Of a stretch of 58,590 nt of DNA, positions 45,011 through 56,285 are shown piece after piece; positions within the stretch are counted from its first letter, which is position 1; each line of letters begins with the position of its first letter. Position numbers and translations under genes: made by a program. The DNA comes from Gemmatimonadaceae bacterium (lineage in GTDB: Bacteria; Gemmatimonadota; Gemmatimonadetes; Gemmatimonadales; Gemmatimonadaceae), in assembly GCA_036556765.1 (NCBI GenBank), contig DATBIU010000008.1, positions 1 through 58,590 of the forward strand. Reading direction: 5' to 3'. Under the pieces are notes generated by a model. It was not told the origin of the DNA, searched no databases, and saw only the letters and a program-made list of their open reading frames with translations.

Positions 45011-45901
45011 CTACCGACGCTCGCCGGTGTCGAGCATCACTCCCAGGGCCAGGCCGAGGCGCCGGTCGAGGTCCCGCCGACGGTCAGGCGACAGATCAAG
45101 CACGTACCGGTCGAGGATGGTGAATTTCCGCTTGAACTCGCCGATCACCATGTCGGTGTCGCCGCGGGTGATGAGGAAGTTCGTGCGCAGGAGGCCGAAC
45201 AGGGGGCCAAGCACGCGTCGCAGTAACGAGAGGATGATCGAATCCTCCTTCGCCACGCACATCACCGTCCCGTTCATCGAGCGCATCTCCCAGCGTTTGC
45301 GGAAGATGTTGTACAGATAGTTCTTCTTGAACGAGGCGAGCGGTTTGCCCGACGCATCACGCACGGTGTACGTTCGCATCGGGAACTGGACCTTCTTGTC
45401 CTGCAGCACGTCGAACAGCTTCTGCGTCTTCGATTCATCGCGGTAGAAGGTCACGTGACGCCGCTTCGAGAGGGCCATGGCGACCACCACGAAGGCGACC
45501 GGAGCGGCGAGAATGACCAGAACCCCCAGGCCTCCTCCCGCCCCACCTTGCTGACCGGCGGCAGCGGCCGCGCCAATGCCGAGGACATAGACGCACATCA
45601 TGACCACCCATCCGATGGCGACGGCGAACAACGTCCGCCAGAAGTAGGTTGGCCGTTCGACGTAGAGGATGGCATTGCCTTGCTCGTCGGACACCTGATA
45701 CTTCTGGTTGATGGCCAGGTGCTTCTGCCGAAGGAGGAAGACATCGCGGTTGAACGTCTCCTCCGCCTGGGACTTCGGCGTCAGCGTGCTCTCACTCGCC
45801 TTGTTGATCGCGCCGCACTGCGGACACTCGACGAGCTGTCCGGCGTACTCGTCCTTGAGCGTGTAGGTGTTTCGGCAGCGGCAGCTGACGACGACAGACA
45901 T
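45011..45901 (-). CDS. Zinc-ribbon protein with a LURP-one-related/scramblase-like (tubby C-terminal-like) fold split by a two-helix membrane hairpin
   Basis: The zinc ribbon is CRC...CPQC. The segments INQKYQVSDEQGNAILYVERP and GEFKRKFTILDRYVLDL resemble the LOR family. Two TM helices lie between them. GC is visibly lower than in the neighbouring genes. Confidence 0.6.
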   Translation of the reverse strand: MSVVVSCRCRNTYTLKDEYAGQLVECPQCGAINKASESTLTPKSQAEETFNRDVFLLRQKHLAINQKYQVSDEQGNAILYVERPTYFWRTLFAVAIGWVVMMCVYVLGIGAAAAAGQQGGAGGGLGVLVILAAPVAFVVVAMALSKRRHVTFYRDESKTQKLFDVLQDKKVQFPMRTYTVRDASGKPLASFKKNYLYNIFRKRWEMRSMNGTVMCVAKEDSIILSLLRRVLGPLFGLLRTNFLITRGDTDMVIGEFKRKFTILDRYVLDLSPDRRRDLDRRLGLALGVMLDTGERR

Positions 45902-46073
45902 GGGCAGCTCCAGAGGTCGTTATGCGGTGGGTAGCCTTCAGGGTACAGGACGACCGATCCGGGCGGAATGCCACGCCTTCCCCCCCTCCACGACCCCCTC
46001 GCCTCCGGCCTTGCCCGGCCTTCCAACCCTGGGCCTCCCTCGGATGTCTGATCCGGCGACCATGGAGGATACG

Positions 46074-46874
46074 ATGAAAGTGGTGTTTTTTGCATTGATG
46101 CTGGCGACGGCGCCGGCACTGCTGGCGCAGCAGAACGAGGAGGACTGGCTCGAAGACTGTCGCGACTACGAGAGCAGTCGTCGCGTTCCGCATTGCGAGA
46201 TTAGGGTTTCCGGCTATCGCCAGGCCCCGGGGGGGCTCCTCGCCGCCGAGCCGAATCAGAACGGCGGAGTCACCATTCGCGCGTGGGATCGCGACAGCGT
46301 TCACGTGCAGGCGCGCATTCGCGCCGTGGCCCGCACCGAGAACGAGGCCCGCGAGATCGCCGAGCGGGTGCGCGTGACCACCGAGCCCGGGACCATCCGC
46401 GCCAGTGGACCGTCCATGGAGCGGAATGCCAACTGGAACGTCAGCTTCGTGGTGTACGTCCCTCGCCGAACCGATGTGCGCGCCCAGACGCACAACGGGC
46501 CGATCGGCATCAGGGGGGTGGAAGGAAACATCGACGTGAGCGCGGTGAATGGCCCGATCGCGCTTCGCGAGCTCGCCGGCGACGTGCGGGCACGCACGCA
46601 GAACGGCCCCATCTCCGTAACGCTCGGCGGCACGCGGTGGCAGGGTGCCGGGCTCGATGCCGAGACGCAGAACGGACCGATGGTGCTGTACGTGCCGGAG
46701 GGGTACAACGCCCAGCTCGAGACCGGCACGACGAATGGCCCGATGTCGATCGGCTTCCCGATCACCGTGATGGGTCGCGCGCTGGAAAAGCGCATAACGA
46801 CGACGCTGGGCGACGGCGGCCCGCTGATCCGCGCGCGGACGCAGAATGGACCGCTGACGATCAAGCGCCCGTAG
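46074..46874 (+). CDS. DUF4097-like beta-strand-repeat protein (putative adhesin family)
   Basis: GGAGGATACG precedes the ATG. Has a signal peptide. There are six (T/V)xNGP(I/M/L) repeats. Confidence 0.75.
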   Translation: MKVVFFALMLATAPALLAQQNEEDWLEDCRDYESSRRVPHCEIRVSGYRQAPGGLLAAEPNQNGGVTIRAWDRDSVHVQARIRAVARTENEAREIAERVRVTTEPGTIRASGPSMERNANWNVSFVVYVPRRTDVRAQTHNGPIGIRGVEGNIDVSAVNGPIALRELAGDVRARTQNGPISVTLGGTRWQGAGLDAETQNGPMVLYVPEGYNAQLETGTTNGPMSIGFPITVMGRALEKRITTTLGDGGPLIRARTQNGPLTIKRP

Positions 46875-46878
46875 AACG

Positions 46879-46969
46879 CGGTGCTCGAGGTGCTCGAGGT
46901 GCTCGAGGTGCTCGAGGTGCTCGAGGGGTTTCCCTTGAGCACCTCGAGCACATCGAGCACCTTGAGCAC
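46879..46969. repeat. Class-4 tandem-repeat hairpin, 9-nt units (GGTGCTCGA x5 / TYGAGCACM x4)
   Basis: cggtgctcgaggtgctcgaggtgctcgaggtgctcgaggtgctcgagggg faces cccttgagcacctcgagcacatcgagcaccttgagcac. It ends 2 nt before the ATG at 46972. Confidence 0.9.
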
Positions 46970-46971
46970 GT

Positions 46972-48684
46972 ATGTTCGCCGTTCTCGTCGCCACACTCAT
47001 TGCCCTGCACCCGCAAGGCGACGCGCCGGTGGCCGGACCGGAGTCGACCGCCACACGACGGAGCGCGGAGCGCGCCGCGCGGAGCTTCGAGCAGCGACGC
47101 CTGCGCCTGCTTCCCGACGCTCCCTCGTCAGGTGGCGGCCCCGGCGATGTCATCATCGGCCGATACCGCTACGCGGCCGGAGAAGCGGATGATCTCGAGC
47201 CGCCCCCGGCCGAGCCGGAGGAAATAGCGGAAGCGCGACGATCGCTGGTGCGCACCCTCGATGCCGCCGCGCGCGAGATGCCGCGGGACGCGTGGGTGCG
47301 CGGACGGCTCGTCTGGTACGCCATCGAGAGCGGCGACACCACCATGGCCGTGGCCGCGGCGCGCGACTGCCAGGATGACGACGTGCAGTGGTGGTGCGAT
47401 GCGCTGCTCGGGCTCGCTCTGCATGCCGCCCATGACTTCCTCCATGCCGAGCGCGCCTTCGACCGCGCACTCGCGGCGATGCCGGACTCCACCCGCTGCC
47501 GCTGGACCGACGTGAGCGTGCTGCTCGACAGCGACGCGAGACGGCTCGCCAGGCGCGCGCCCTGCGAGAACCGCGCGGCCTTCGATGCGCGGCTCTGGTG
47601 GCTCGCCGATCCACTTCACTCCGTCGGGGGCAATGAGCTCCGCAGCGAGCACCTCGCGCGACACACCTTCACCGTCCTGCACGACCGGTGGCGGGCGACG
47701 CACCCGTTCAACTGGGGATCGGACATGCGCGAGATCATCGTCAGGTACGCGTGGCCGATCGCCTGGTCGCGCGACCGTGTACGAGAGCGTTCGCCCACGC
47801 AGCCCGGGCATTCGGCCGCGCTCACCGGCCACGAGCCGAAGCCGGCCTACGATTTCTTTCCCGACGCCGCGGCACTGGAGGCGCCCTATGACGCGGGCGA
47901 CGCGAGCTGGCGCCTGAGGCGACCGCGCGCCCCCACGCACTACGCACACCCGTTCGCCGCGCCGATGCGCCCGCTGCGTCATCAGATCGCGCGCTTTCGG
48001 CGCGGTGATTCCCTGCTCGTCGTCGGCGCCTGGAACGCCCGCGATGACACGCTATTCCAGGATGACGCAGCACACGTCGCGTTGGCGGTTTCGCGCCAGG
48101 ACGGGGCGATCATGGGGCTCGCGCGATCCGACAGCGCGGTGGCGCGCGGTGCGGTCATGCTCACCGCGCCGAACGAGGACCACCTCGCGAGCCTGGAGCT
48201 CTTCGCCAGGAAGTCGCGGGCCGCTGCTCGCGCGCGGGAGGGCGTGCGCGCGCTCCGCCTGACGAATGGCATCGCCGTGTCCGACGTGCTCCTGCTCGAG
48301 CCGGGTGAGCACCCTCGGACGCTCGGTGAGGTGGTCGAGCGGTTGCTCCCCGATGGCAAGCTCGACGCGGACCGCCAGGTGACGTTGTACTGGGAGGTTT
48401 ACGGCCTGGGAGATCTGGCCGCGCCGCGCGTGACGGTGCGGGTTTCGCGCGTGCGTGCCTCTCGCGCACGCCGGCTGGCCGAGAAGCTCGGCCTGCGCGA
48501 CGAGCCGCAGACCGTGGAAATGGAATGGGAGACGGACGCGCCCACTGGCCGAATGGCGACGGCCGGCATCACCCTCGATCTCGGCGACCGCCCGGCCGGC
48601 ACGTGGCGCGTCACGGTCACCGTCACCGGGCCCGGCGGCGCCACGGCGAGCGCCGCGCGGGATCTCATCCTTCCCGGTCGCTAG
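46972..48684 (+). CDS. Hypothetical secreted protein
   Basis: Long ORF with an N-terminal hydrophobic segment. I cannot make a confident family call. Confidence 0.6.
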   Translation: MFAVLVATLIALHPQGDAPVAGPESTATRRSAERAARSFEQRRLRLLPDAPSSGGGPGDVIIGRYRYAAGEADDLEPPPAEPEEIAEARRSLVRTLDAAAREMPRDAWVRGRLVWYAIESGDTTMAVAAARDCQDDDVQWWCDALLGLALHAAHDFLHAERAFDRALAAMPDSTRCRWTDVSVLLDSDARRLARRAPCENRAAFDARLWWLADPLHSVGGNELRSEHLARHTFTVLHDRWRATHPFNWGSDMREIIVRYAWPIAWSRDRVRERSPTQPGHSAALTGHEPKPAYDFFPDAAALEAPYDAGDASWRLRRPRAPTHYAHPFAAPMRPLRHQIARFRRGDSLLVVGAWNARDDTLFQDDAAHVALAVSRQDGAIMGLARSDSAVARGAVMLTAPNEDHLASLELFARKSRAAARAREGVRALRLTNGIAVSDVLLLEPGEHPRTLGEVVERLLPDGKLDADRQVTLYWEVYGLGDLAAPRVTVRVSRVRASRARRLAEKLGLRDEPQTVEMEWETDAPTGRMATAGITLDLGDRPAGTWRVTVTVTGPGGATASAARDLILPGR

Positions 48685-48685
48685 G

Positions 48686-49030
48686 TCAGAACTCGACCTC
48701 GCGGACCTCGATTCGCCCCGAATACTTCACGTGCGGGCATCCGCTCGCGATCGACACCGCGTCGTCGTAGCTCCTCGCCTCGATCGTGTAGAAGCCGCCG
48801 ATCACCTCGGACGCCTCCGCGTACGGGCCGTCGCGAACCACCGTCGACCCGTGACCGGCGATCTGCTTTCCGCCCTCATCCTTCAACTTCATCGACGGCC
48901 CGAGCTGGCCACGCTCGGCGAGGCCGCGCCCCCACGCGTTGTACTCCTCAATGACGCGCTGCATCTGGTCGGGAGTGACGTCCGCGAAGTCGGCTGGACG
49001 GTCATACAGGATCAGCATGAACTTGGACAT
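48686..49030 (-). CDS. YciI-family (DGPF domain) protein
   Basis: Contains MLILY... and VVRDGPYAE..IGGFYTIEA. It is paired with an ECF sigma factor, as is typical of this family. Confidence 0.8.
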   Translation of the reverse strand: MSKFMLILYDRPADFADVTPDQMQRVIEEYNAWGRGLAERGQLGPSMKLKDEGGKQIAGHGSTVVRDGPYAEASEVIGGFYTIEARSYDDAVSIASGCPHVKYSGRIEVREVEF

Positions 49031-49047
49031 TGATGCTCCTTGTGGGT

Positions 49048-50430
49048 TCAGGCTCTAGACGGTCGGGCTTCCCGGTTTTCGACAGGCCCCTCCCAACCGG
49101 ACTCACACTCGCGGATGCGGCGTTCCAGGAATCGGCGGACGGGGGCCGACCCCGCTCGTTCGGCGGCGTGTGCGAAGTGGATACCGGCCTCCCGGTGGCG
49201 CCCAAGCCGACGAAGCATTTCGCCGATGGCGGCTTCGTAGGGCGGGTAGCGCCTGAGAACGCTTTGGCCGCTGAGTGCGCTCAGATCTCTCAATCCAGCC
49301 TCTGGACCAGACACTTCCGCGACAGCTATAGCTCTGTTGAGCGCCACTACTGGCGATTCCATGGACGCAAGCATCGCGTCGTACAGCTCGACGATCCGCG
49401 CCCAGTTCGTCGCCTCCCAGCTGGGAGCCAGGGTGTGACAGGCCGCCAGCTCCGCCTCGAGGTGGTACCGCGTCACGACATCCCCGGTCGCGGCCCGCTC
49501 GAGGTGGTGCACCCCTGCTGCCATGTGCGCCCGATCCCACCGCGACCGGTCCTGGTCGGCCAGCAGCAGGAGCTCGCCCTCCGAATCCACCCGCGCCGCA
49601 AAGCGAGCCGCGTGCAGGTGGAAGAGCGCCATCAGCGCGTGGACGGCCGGCCGGGCGAGCGCCGGATGGCGAAGCAGCAGCGCGCCGAGTCGCATTGCCT
49701 CCTCACAGATGTCACGACGCACCAGCTCGTCGCCCGCGTGGGCCGTGTGCCCTTCGGTGAACATCGCGTACAGCACGTCGAGCACCGAGTCGAGACGCTC
49801 TGAAATCTCGGCGCCCTCGGGCATCTCGAACGCCAGCCCCGCTTCGCGGATCCTGCGCTTCGCCCGCACCAGCCGCTGGTGTATCGCCGCCTCCTCGGCC
49901 ACGAACGCCCGAGCAATCTCCGACGCGCCGAAGCCGCCGGCCAGCTTGAGCGTGAGCGTGACACGGGAGTCGGCCGGGATTGCCGGATGGCAGCAGATGA
50001 GGATCATGCGAAGCTGATCGTCGACGATCAGGGCATCGTCGGCGACGAGGGTGGTGTCACCTTCCCCCCACTGCGCGATCGCCTCACGAACGCGGCCTTC
50101 GCGGTCCTCGAGAAGGCGCTCCCGTCGCAGGACATCGAGCGCGCGATGCTTCGCCACCTGCACGAGCCAGGCGGTCGGATTGGCGGGGATGCCGTCGCGC
50201 GGCCACCGCCCGAGCGCGGCCAGCAGCGCTTCCTGCACGACGTCCTCGATCAGCTCAATGCGTCCCGGCCCGAGGATGCGCGCTAGCGTCGCCGTCATTC
50301 GGGCGGCTTCGTGCCGAAAGAGGTGATCGACGAGGGCAGGAACCGACACGGGCGTCGCGGTGCTCGGGCGTTGCGGTGCGGACGACGATCGGACGGGGAC
50401 GATGATCGTTATGCCGGACCTCGTCAACAT
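49048..50430 (-). CDS. ECF sigma factor with a long C-terminal TPR-like extension (the type paired with YciI)
   Basis: Contains IEDVVQEALLAALGRWPRDGIPANPTAWLVQVAKHRALDVLRRE. The real start may be the GTG at 50349. Confidence 0.8.
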   Translation of the reverse strand: MLTRSGITIIVPVRSSSAPQRPSTATPVSVPALVDHLFRHEAARMTATLARILGPGRIELIEDVVQEALLAALGRWPRDGIPANPTAWLVQVAKHRALDVLRRERLLEDREGRVREAIAQWGEGDTTLVADDALIVDDQLRMILICCHPAIPADSRVTLTLKLAGGFGASEIARAFVAEEAAIHQRLVRAKRRIREAGLAFEMPEGAEISERLDSVLDVLYAMFTEGHTAHAGDELVRRDICEEAMRLGALLLRHPALARPAVHALMALFHLHAARFAARVDSEGELLLLADQDRSRWDRAHMAAGVHHLERAATGDVVTRYHLEAELAACHTLAPSWEATNWARIVELYDAMLASMESPVVALNRAIAVAEVSGPEAGLRDLSALSGQSVLRRYPPYEAAIGEMLRRLGRHREAGIHFAHAAERAGSAPVRRFLERRIRECESGWEGPVENREARPSRA

Positions 50431-50560
50431 GTTTGCGCAATGTTCACATCGGGATGTCGCGAGTCACGTTGACATTCGCTGCGCGCCCCACACATTGGCC
50501 ATCCGGACTCTCTCTCCGTTCTTGCCACCGTCCTTCCTCCCAGCCGCGCGCATCGTGCGC

Positions 50561-51397
50561 ATGGGGCCGATCCTCATCGGCCTCGCCGCGTGCGCGCAGG
50601 CTGCGTCGACCGCGGCCACCGTGCCGATTGCCTTCGGCCGGTGGCGGCCGCCGCAGGGCCAGGCCTGCTACTCCGACGACTTTCAGCCGCGCGAGCTGCC
50701 CGCCCTGTCGGCGATGCTCGACTCGGCCGCGGTTGCGGCGGTGCTGCGCGCTCGGCCAGAAGGCAGCGTCCTCATTGCCCTCTCGTTCAATGCGTTCGGA
50801 CACACCGAGCGCGCCCGCGTGATCGACCGACGCATGCCGGTGAGCACGGCCGATTCGATTCGGCGGATCATCGAGGCGCATCTGCGCGTGCCGCGCAGCG
50901 ACGAGGGCTGGGGCGCGCGTCTGCATGCGTCGACCGGCGAGTCGGCATCGCTCGCGCTCGGGCGAAGGGAAGTGTGCCCGCCCGTGCTCGCGCGCATCGA
51001 GCCGCTCGGCTTCGCCAACGTCGCCACGATCGATGAGCGGGAGCCCGAAGCTTTTCCCGCGCCCGATTGGATCGTTCGCGGCGTTCCCGCGCCCGCCGGC
51101 ACGCCGCGCTCGACCGTCGAGCGCGTGGTCGCCGGCGTCCCGGTGCGCGACACCACGCGCCTAACGGTCGACTCCGCGGCCATCGCGCCCGACCTCACCG
51201 CCATCGGCGACGAGGTGTTGACGCTGCGCGTGCTGATCGACACCACCGGCGCCATCGCGCACGCCGAGATCTCGCGCGTGGCGGCGATCGGCGTCGATCG
51301 CGCGCGCCTGGTCGCGGAGCTGGCGCGCTACCGCTTTCACCCGGCCCTCGAGGATCGCGTTCCCACGCCGTCGTGGGTGATTCTCAGAATCAAATGA
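50561..51397 (+). CDS. Hypothetical secreted protein with two TonB-C-like modules
   Basis: Signal peptide MGPILIGLAACAQAAS. The C-terminus LRVLIDTTGAIAHAEI...FHPAL resembles a TonB C-terminal fold. This call is tentative. Confidence 0.5.
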   Translation: MGPILIGLAACAQAASTAATVPIAFGRWRPPQGQACYSDDFQPRELPALSAMLDSAAVAAVLRARPEGSVLIALSFNAFGHTERARVIDRRMPVSTADSIRRIIEAHLRVPRSDEGWGARLHASTGESASLALGRREVCPPVLARIEPLGFANVATIDEREPEAFPAPDWIVRGVPAPAGTPRSTVERVVAGVPVRDTTRLTVDSAAIAPDLTAIGDEVLTLRVLIDTTGAIAHAEISRVAAIGVDRARLVAELARYRFHPALEDRVPTPSWVILRIK

Positions 51398-51461
51398 GGA
51401 ACGAGGCCTGAGGAGTGAGGAAACCCATGGTTGGATTCCCTCACTCCTCAGTCCTCATCCC

Positions 51462-51479
<18 letters not shown>
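51383..51479. repeat. Class-5 tandem-repeat hairpin that overlaps both convergent stop codons
   Basis: ctcagaatcaaatgaggaacgaggcctgaggagtgaggaa faces ttccctcactcctcagtcctcatccctcatttgactcttctgag. Confidence 0.9.
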
Positions 51480-52792
<1,313 letters not shown>

Positions 52793-52796
<4 letters not shown>

Positions 52797-53722
52797 TGGC
52801 GAAACACGTTCTGGACGACGAACCACATGTTCGCGGGGCGCTCGGCGAGCCGCCGCATGTACCAGGGGAACCAGTTCGTCCCGTAGCTGATGAGCGTGCG
52901 CACCCGCGTGCCTGCCGTCGCCAGCGCGCGCTGCGTCGCCGTGGCGATGCCGTACAGCATGTGCACCTCGTACGCGTGGGGCGGCAGACGCCGCCCACTG
53001 GCGTGCATGCGCAGCGCCTCGATCAACCGCGTGTCGTGCGTGCCGAAGACGGGCATTCCCGCACCGCGCGCCGCCCGATCCAGAAGTCGCCGCCCCATCG
53101 ACAGGTACGCCGCATCGATATCGTGACGTCGCGCCAGCGCACGAGCGGCCGGCTCTCGATACGCGCCCTTGACCAGACGAATCGACGGCTGGAGGGCGAG
53201 GAGTGTCTCGATGTCCATCGGAGTGCGGTGCAGATACGCCTGGAGGCACAACCCGACGTTCGCGTGCGAAGCGCGGATCTCCCGGAAAACCCCCAGCGTC
53301 GCATCGACGTAGTGCGATTCCTCCATGTCGATCCACACGAACGATCCGGCCGTCGCGGCGTGCGCGGCGAGCTGCGCCACGTCGGACGCGCAGGCGTCGC
53401 GCCCCGCATCGAGGCCGAGATGCGTCAGCTTCACCGACAGCTGCGTGGGCAGCCCGCGGGCCTGGATCGCGTCGAGCGCACCGAGGTAGTGCTCGCGAAC
53501 CGCGGCGGCCTCTTCACGGGTCGTCACGCGCTCGCCCAGGTTGGTAATGACCGTGCCAAGCCCCTCGGTCGCGAGGCCGGCGGCCGCGTCGAGCGCGGCA
53601 CCGAGCTCTTCGCCCGGGAGAAAGCTCTTCACCGCACGGCGAGTGAACTCGTGCTTTCTGAACTGGCCGGCCAGCCATTCACTGCGGGAAGCACGAAGGA
53701 GCAGCGTGCGGGCAAGTGTCAT
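52793..53722 (-). CDS. Proline dehydrogenase (monofunctional)
   Basis: Contains LSVKLTHLG, CLQAYLHRT, RLVKGAY and FGTHD. Confidence 0.85.
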
Positions 53723-53776
53723 GGGCGCGAGACTAGCGCCTCGCGGACTTTTCGTCCAGTGCGCGGCCCCAGCCGC

Positions 53777-54538
53777 TCAGCGATCGAGAACTTCCGCCGC
53801 CGCGGCTTGAAGCACCGCCGCAACCTCCGGCGTCACATCGAGCTGAGCGCCCGAGGCGAGCCGCACGCGCGCCGGCAGCCCCACCGGAGACCGATCGTAC
53901 AACACGCCGTACATAACGAGCGCCGCCAGATACGATCCGGCGGCCGATGGATGCAGGCCATCCGCCGAGTAGAGCGCGAGTGTTGGGTCCCGCCGCCACG
54001 CCGCGAGCCAGGCCGCGGCGACGGGGAAGAGCATTCCATTCACATCCTGCGCGGCGAGCGTATACGACTCGATGGCCCGGTCGAAGTCGGCGCGCCGCCC
54101 ATCCGATGGCCACACCGAGTACAGCGTCGGAGTCGCGCCAACGGCGCGGATCTCGTCATTCAGCGCGCGGACCGCCGCGCGCAGCTGGGCCCGATTCTCC
54201 GGGAGCGACGACGGACCTTGCTGCAACACCACCACCTCCCACTCGCCGCGCGCGATCGCGCGCTGCGCGGTCCCCTCCGCGCGGTGATCGTCGAGACTGA
54301 AATCGGGAAACGCCACGACCATCACCGCCAGCGATGCGCCACCGGCCGAATCAGCGAGCGACTGCGCGATGAGTGGGAGATCGTTCCAGTACGTGAGGCT
54401 GTTGCCGATGAAGAGGACGCGCCGCCCTTCCCCGATCAATGACGGCACCGTGGGACCCGCCGGTGCGCTGGAGCAGGTCAGGCCGGTGAGCGCACCGGCG
54501 AACGCGGCAACGATTCTGATCGAACGACGCAAGCGCAT
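53777..54538 (-). CDS. SGNH/GDSL-type hydrolase, secreted or lipoprotein
   Basis: Begins MRLRRSIRIVAAFAGALTGLTCSS. Block I is VLFIGNSLT, followed by VVLQQGPS and a DGLHPS-type block V. Confidence 0.75.
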   Translation of the reverse strand: MRLRRSIRIVAAFAGALTGLTCSSAPAGPTVPSLIGEGRRVLFIGNSLTYWNDLPLIAQSLADSAGGASLAVMVVAFPDFSLDDHRAEGTAQRAIARGEWEVVVLQQGPSSLPENRAQLRAAVRALNDEIRAVGATPTLYSVWPSDGRRADFDRAIESYTLAAQDVNGMLFPVAAAWLAAWRRDPTLALYSADGLHPSAAGSYLAALVMYGVLYDRSPVGLPARVRLASGAQLDVTPEVAAVLQAAAAEVLDR

Positions 54539-54663
54539 GGAACCTGCTCCCTGGGTGAGGGTGCGACGATGGTAACGTCGCGCCCCGCGGCACACAGCAC
54601 ATTTCCCACCGTGTGCGTAGGAGATACAGTTTCCTTACACAGACCGGGACGAGTGAGGTAGGA

Positions 54664-55863
54664 ATGTTCGCATTGAATCGCGTCACGCTGATGTTCGCCG
54701 GCATGCTCGCCGTCGCCCTTCCGCCGGCCGTGTCGGCGCAGGGCACGAAGGCCGCGCTCGACAGCGCCGTCTTCGTCACACGCCTCGGCGCGGATACGCT
54801 CGTGGTCGAACGCGTCGTCCGCTCGCCGCAGCGCGTGGAAGCCGAGGTCGCGATGCGAGTGCCTCGAACGTCGCGGACGGTGTACGTGCTGGAGCTGTCG
54901 CCGTCGGGGATGCTCGAGCGAATGGAGGCGACGACGTTCGACACGACCGGAGGGGGCGCCAAGCCAGCGCGACGCGAGACCGTGACGCGTGTGGGCGACT
55001 CGCTGCGCATTGAGACCACCGCGGGCGACCAGCGTCGGACGCGCGCCGTGCGCGCCGATCCCAACGTGCTGCCGTTCATCGACATGGTACACTGGCCGTA
55101 CGAGATCGCGCTCATGCGATTCAGGGCCAGCGGTGCCGGCGAATCACCGCAGCCTCTGCTCACCGGGTCGCGAGTCTCTACCTTCGCCCTCGGCCGCGTG
55201 GGCACCGACAGCATGACGATCACGCACCCGTCCCGCGGAACGATGCGGCTTCGCGTCGATGCCTCCGGTCGACTCATGGCGCTCGACGCGGGCGCGACGA
55301 CGCGCAAGCTCCTCGTCGAACGCCGGCCGTGGATGCCGGTCGACGACATCGTACGCCGATGGACATCGGAGGATGCCGCCGGCCGTAGCCTCGGTGCGTT
55401 GTCCGGTCGCGCGCGGACCAGCGGCGTCGTCGCGGGTGCGACGATCTCCCTCGACCACGGCACCCCGTCGAAGCGAGGGCGCGCGATCTGGGGCGCGCTG
55501 GTTCCGTTCGGGACGGTGTGGCGCACCGGCGCCAACGAAGCCACGCATTTCGAGACCGACCGCGATCTCGTCTTCGGCATCGGCGCCGACACCCTCGCCG
55601 TTCCGGCCGGCCGCTACACGCTGTTTTCCGTTCCGGAGCGCGATGGGGGCTGGCTGATCATCAATCGCGAGACCGGCCAGACGGGCACCGCGCACGATCC
55701 GGCCAAGGATCTGGGCCGCGTGCGCCTTTCGGCACGACCGCTGGCGACCCCGGTCGAGACGTTCACGATCAAGGCCGAGACGGACGGAGGTGTCAACCTG
55801 CTTCGCCTCCAATGGGACGATGCGGAGCGCGTCGTCCCATTCCGCGTGCGCACGCCGAGGTGA
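54664..55863 (+). CDS. DUF2911 domain protein with an N-terminal extension
   Basis: Has a signal peptide. Contains LVPFGTVWRTGANEATHFETD and PAGRYTLFSVP. Confidence 0.75.
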   Translation: MFALNRVTLMFAGMLAVALPPAVSAQGTKAALDSAVFVTRLGADTLVVERVVRSPQRVEAEVAMRVPRTSRTVYVLELSPSGMLERMEATTFDTTGGGAKPARRETVTRVGDSLRIETTAGDQRRTRAVRADPNVLPFIDMVHWPYEIALMRFRASGAGESPQPLLTGSRVSTFALGRVGTDSMTITHPSRGTMRLRVDASGRLMALDAGATTRKLLVERRPWMPVDDIVRRWTSEDAAGRSLGALSGRARTSGVVAGATISLDHGTPSKRGRAIWGALVPFGTVWRTGANEATHFETDRDLVFGIGADTLAVPAGRYTLFSVPERDGGWLIINRETGQTGTAHDPAKDLGRVRLSARPLATPVETFTIKAETDGGVNLLRLQWDDAERVVPFRVRTPR

Positions 55864-55911
55864 TCTGACCCGCCCGTGCACGAGGGTACAGGTCGTGCAC
55901 CGGCGCGGCGC

Positions 55912-56211
55912 ATGGCGCTGCGAGAGTTCACAGACGAGAAGGGATGTCGCTGGCGGGTGTGGGACATCCGTCCCGAGCAGATGCACGCGGCCACGCGCGC
56001 TGAGGACCATCTTCAGAGCGTGATCAACGGGTGGCTCGCGTTCGAGCCGGCGGGAGGGGGCGAGAAGCGGCGCCTCGCTCCCATTCCCGCTCGCTGGGAG
56101 AGCGCAACCGAGACGGAGTTATGGCGTCTCCTCGAGCAGGCGCACCCCCTGCTGGGGGATGGCGGCTCGTGGCGTCGGCGAGACGGTCAGCCTCCGAGCG
56201 ACACCGCTTGA
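55912..56211 (+). CDS. Small protein, module B only (REFTD-WRVW-GWLAFE domain)
   Basis: Translates as MALREFTDEKGCRWRVWDIRPE...NGWLAFEPAGGGEKRRLAPIPARW and aligns with the C-terminal half of the next gene. Confidence 0.6.
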   Translation: MALREFTDEKGCRWRVWDIRPEQMHAATRAEDHLQSVINGWLAFEPAGGGEKRRLAPIPARWESATETELWRLLEQAHPLLGDGGSWRRRDGQPPSDTA

Positions 56212-56285
56212 GGGCAAGGCACGAGGGTTGCGCGAGGAACCCCACATATCGCCGCTACCCAACGTCTTGCGCGTGAGCCCATCGC

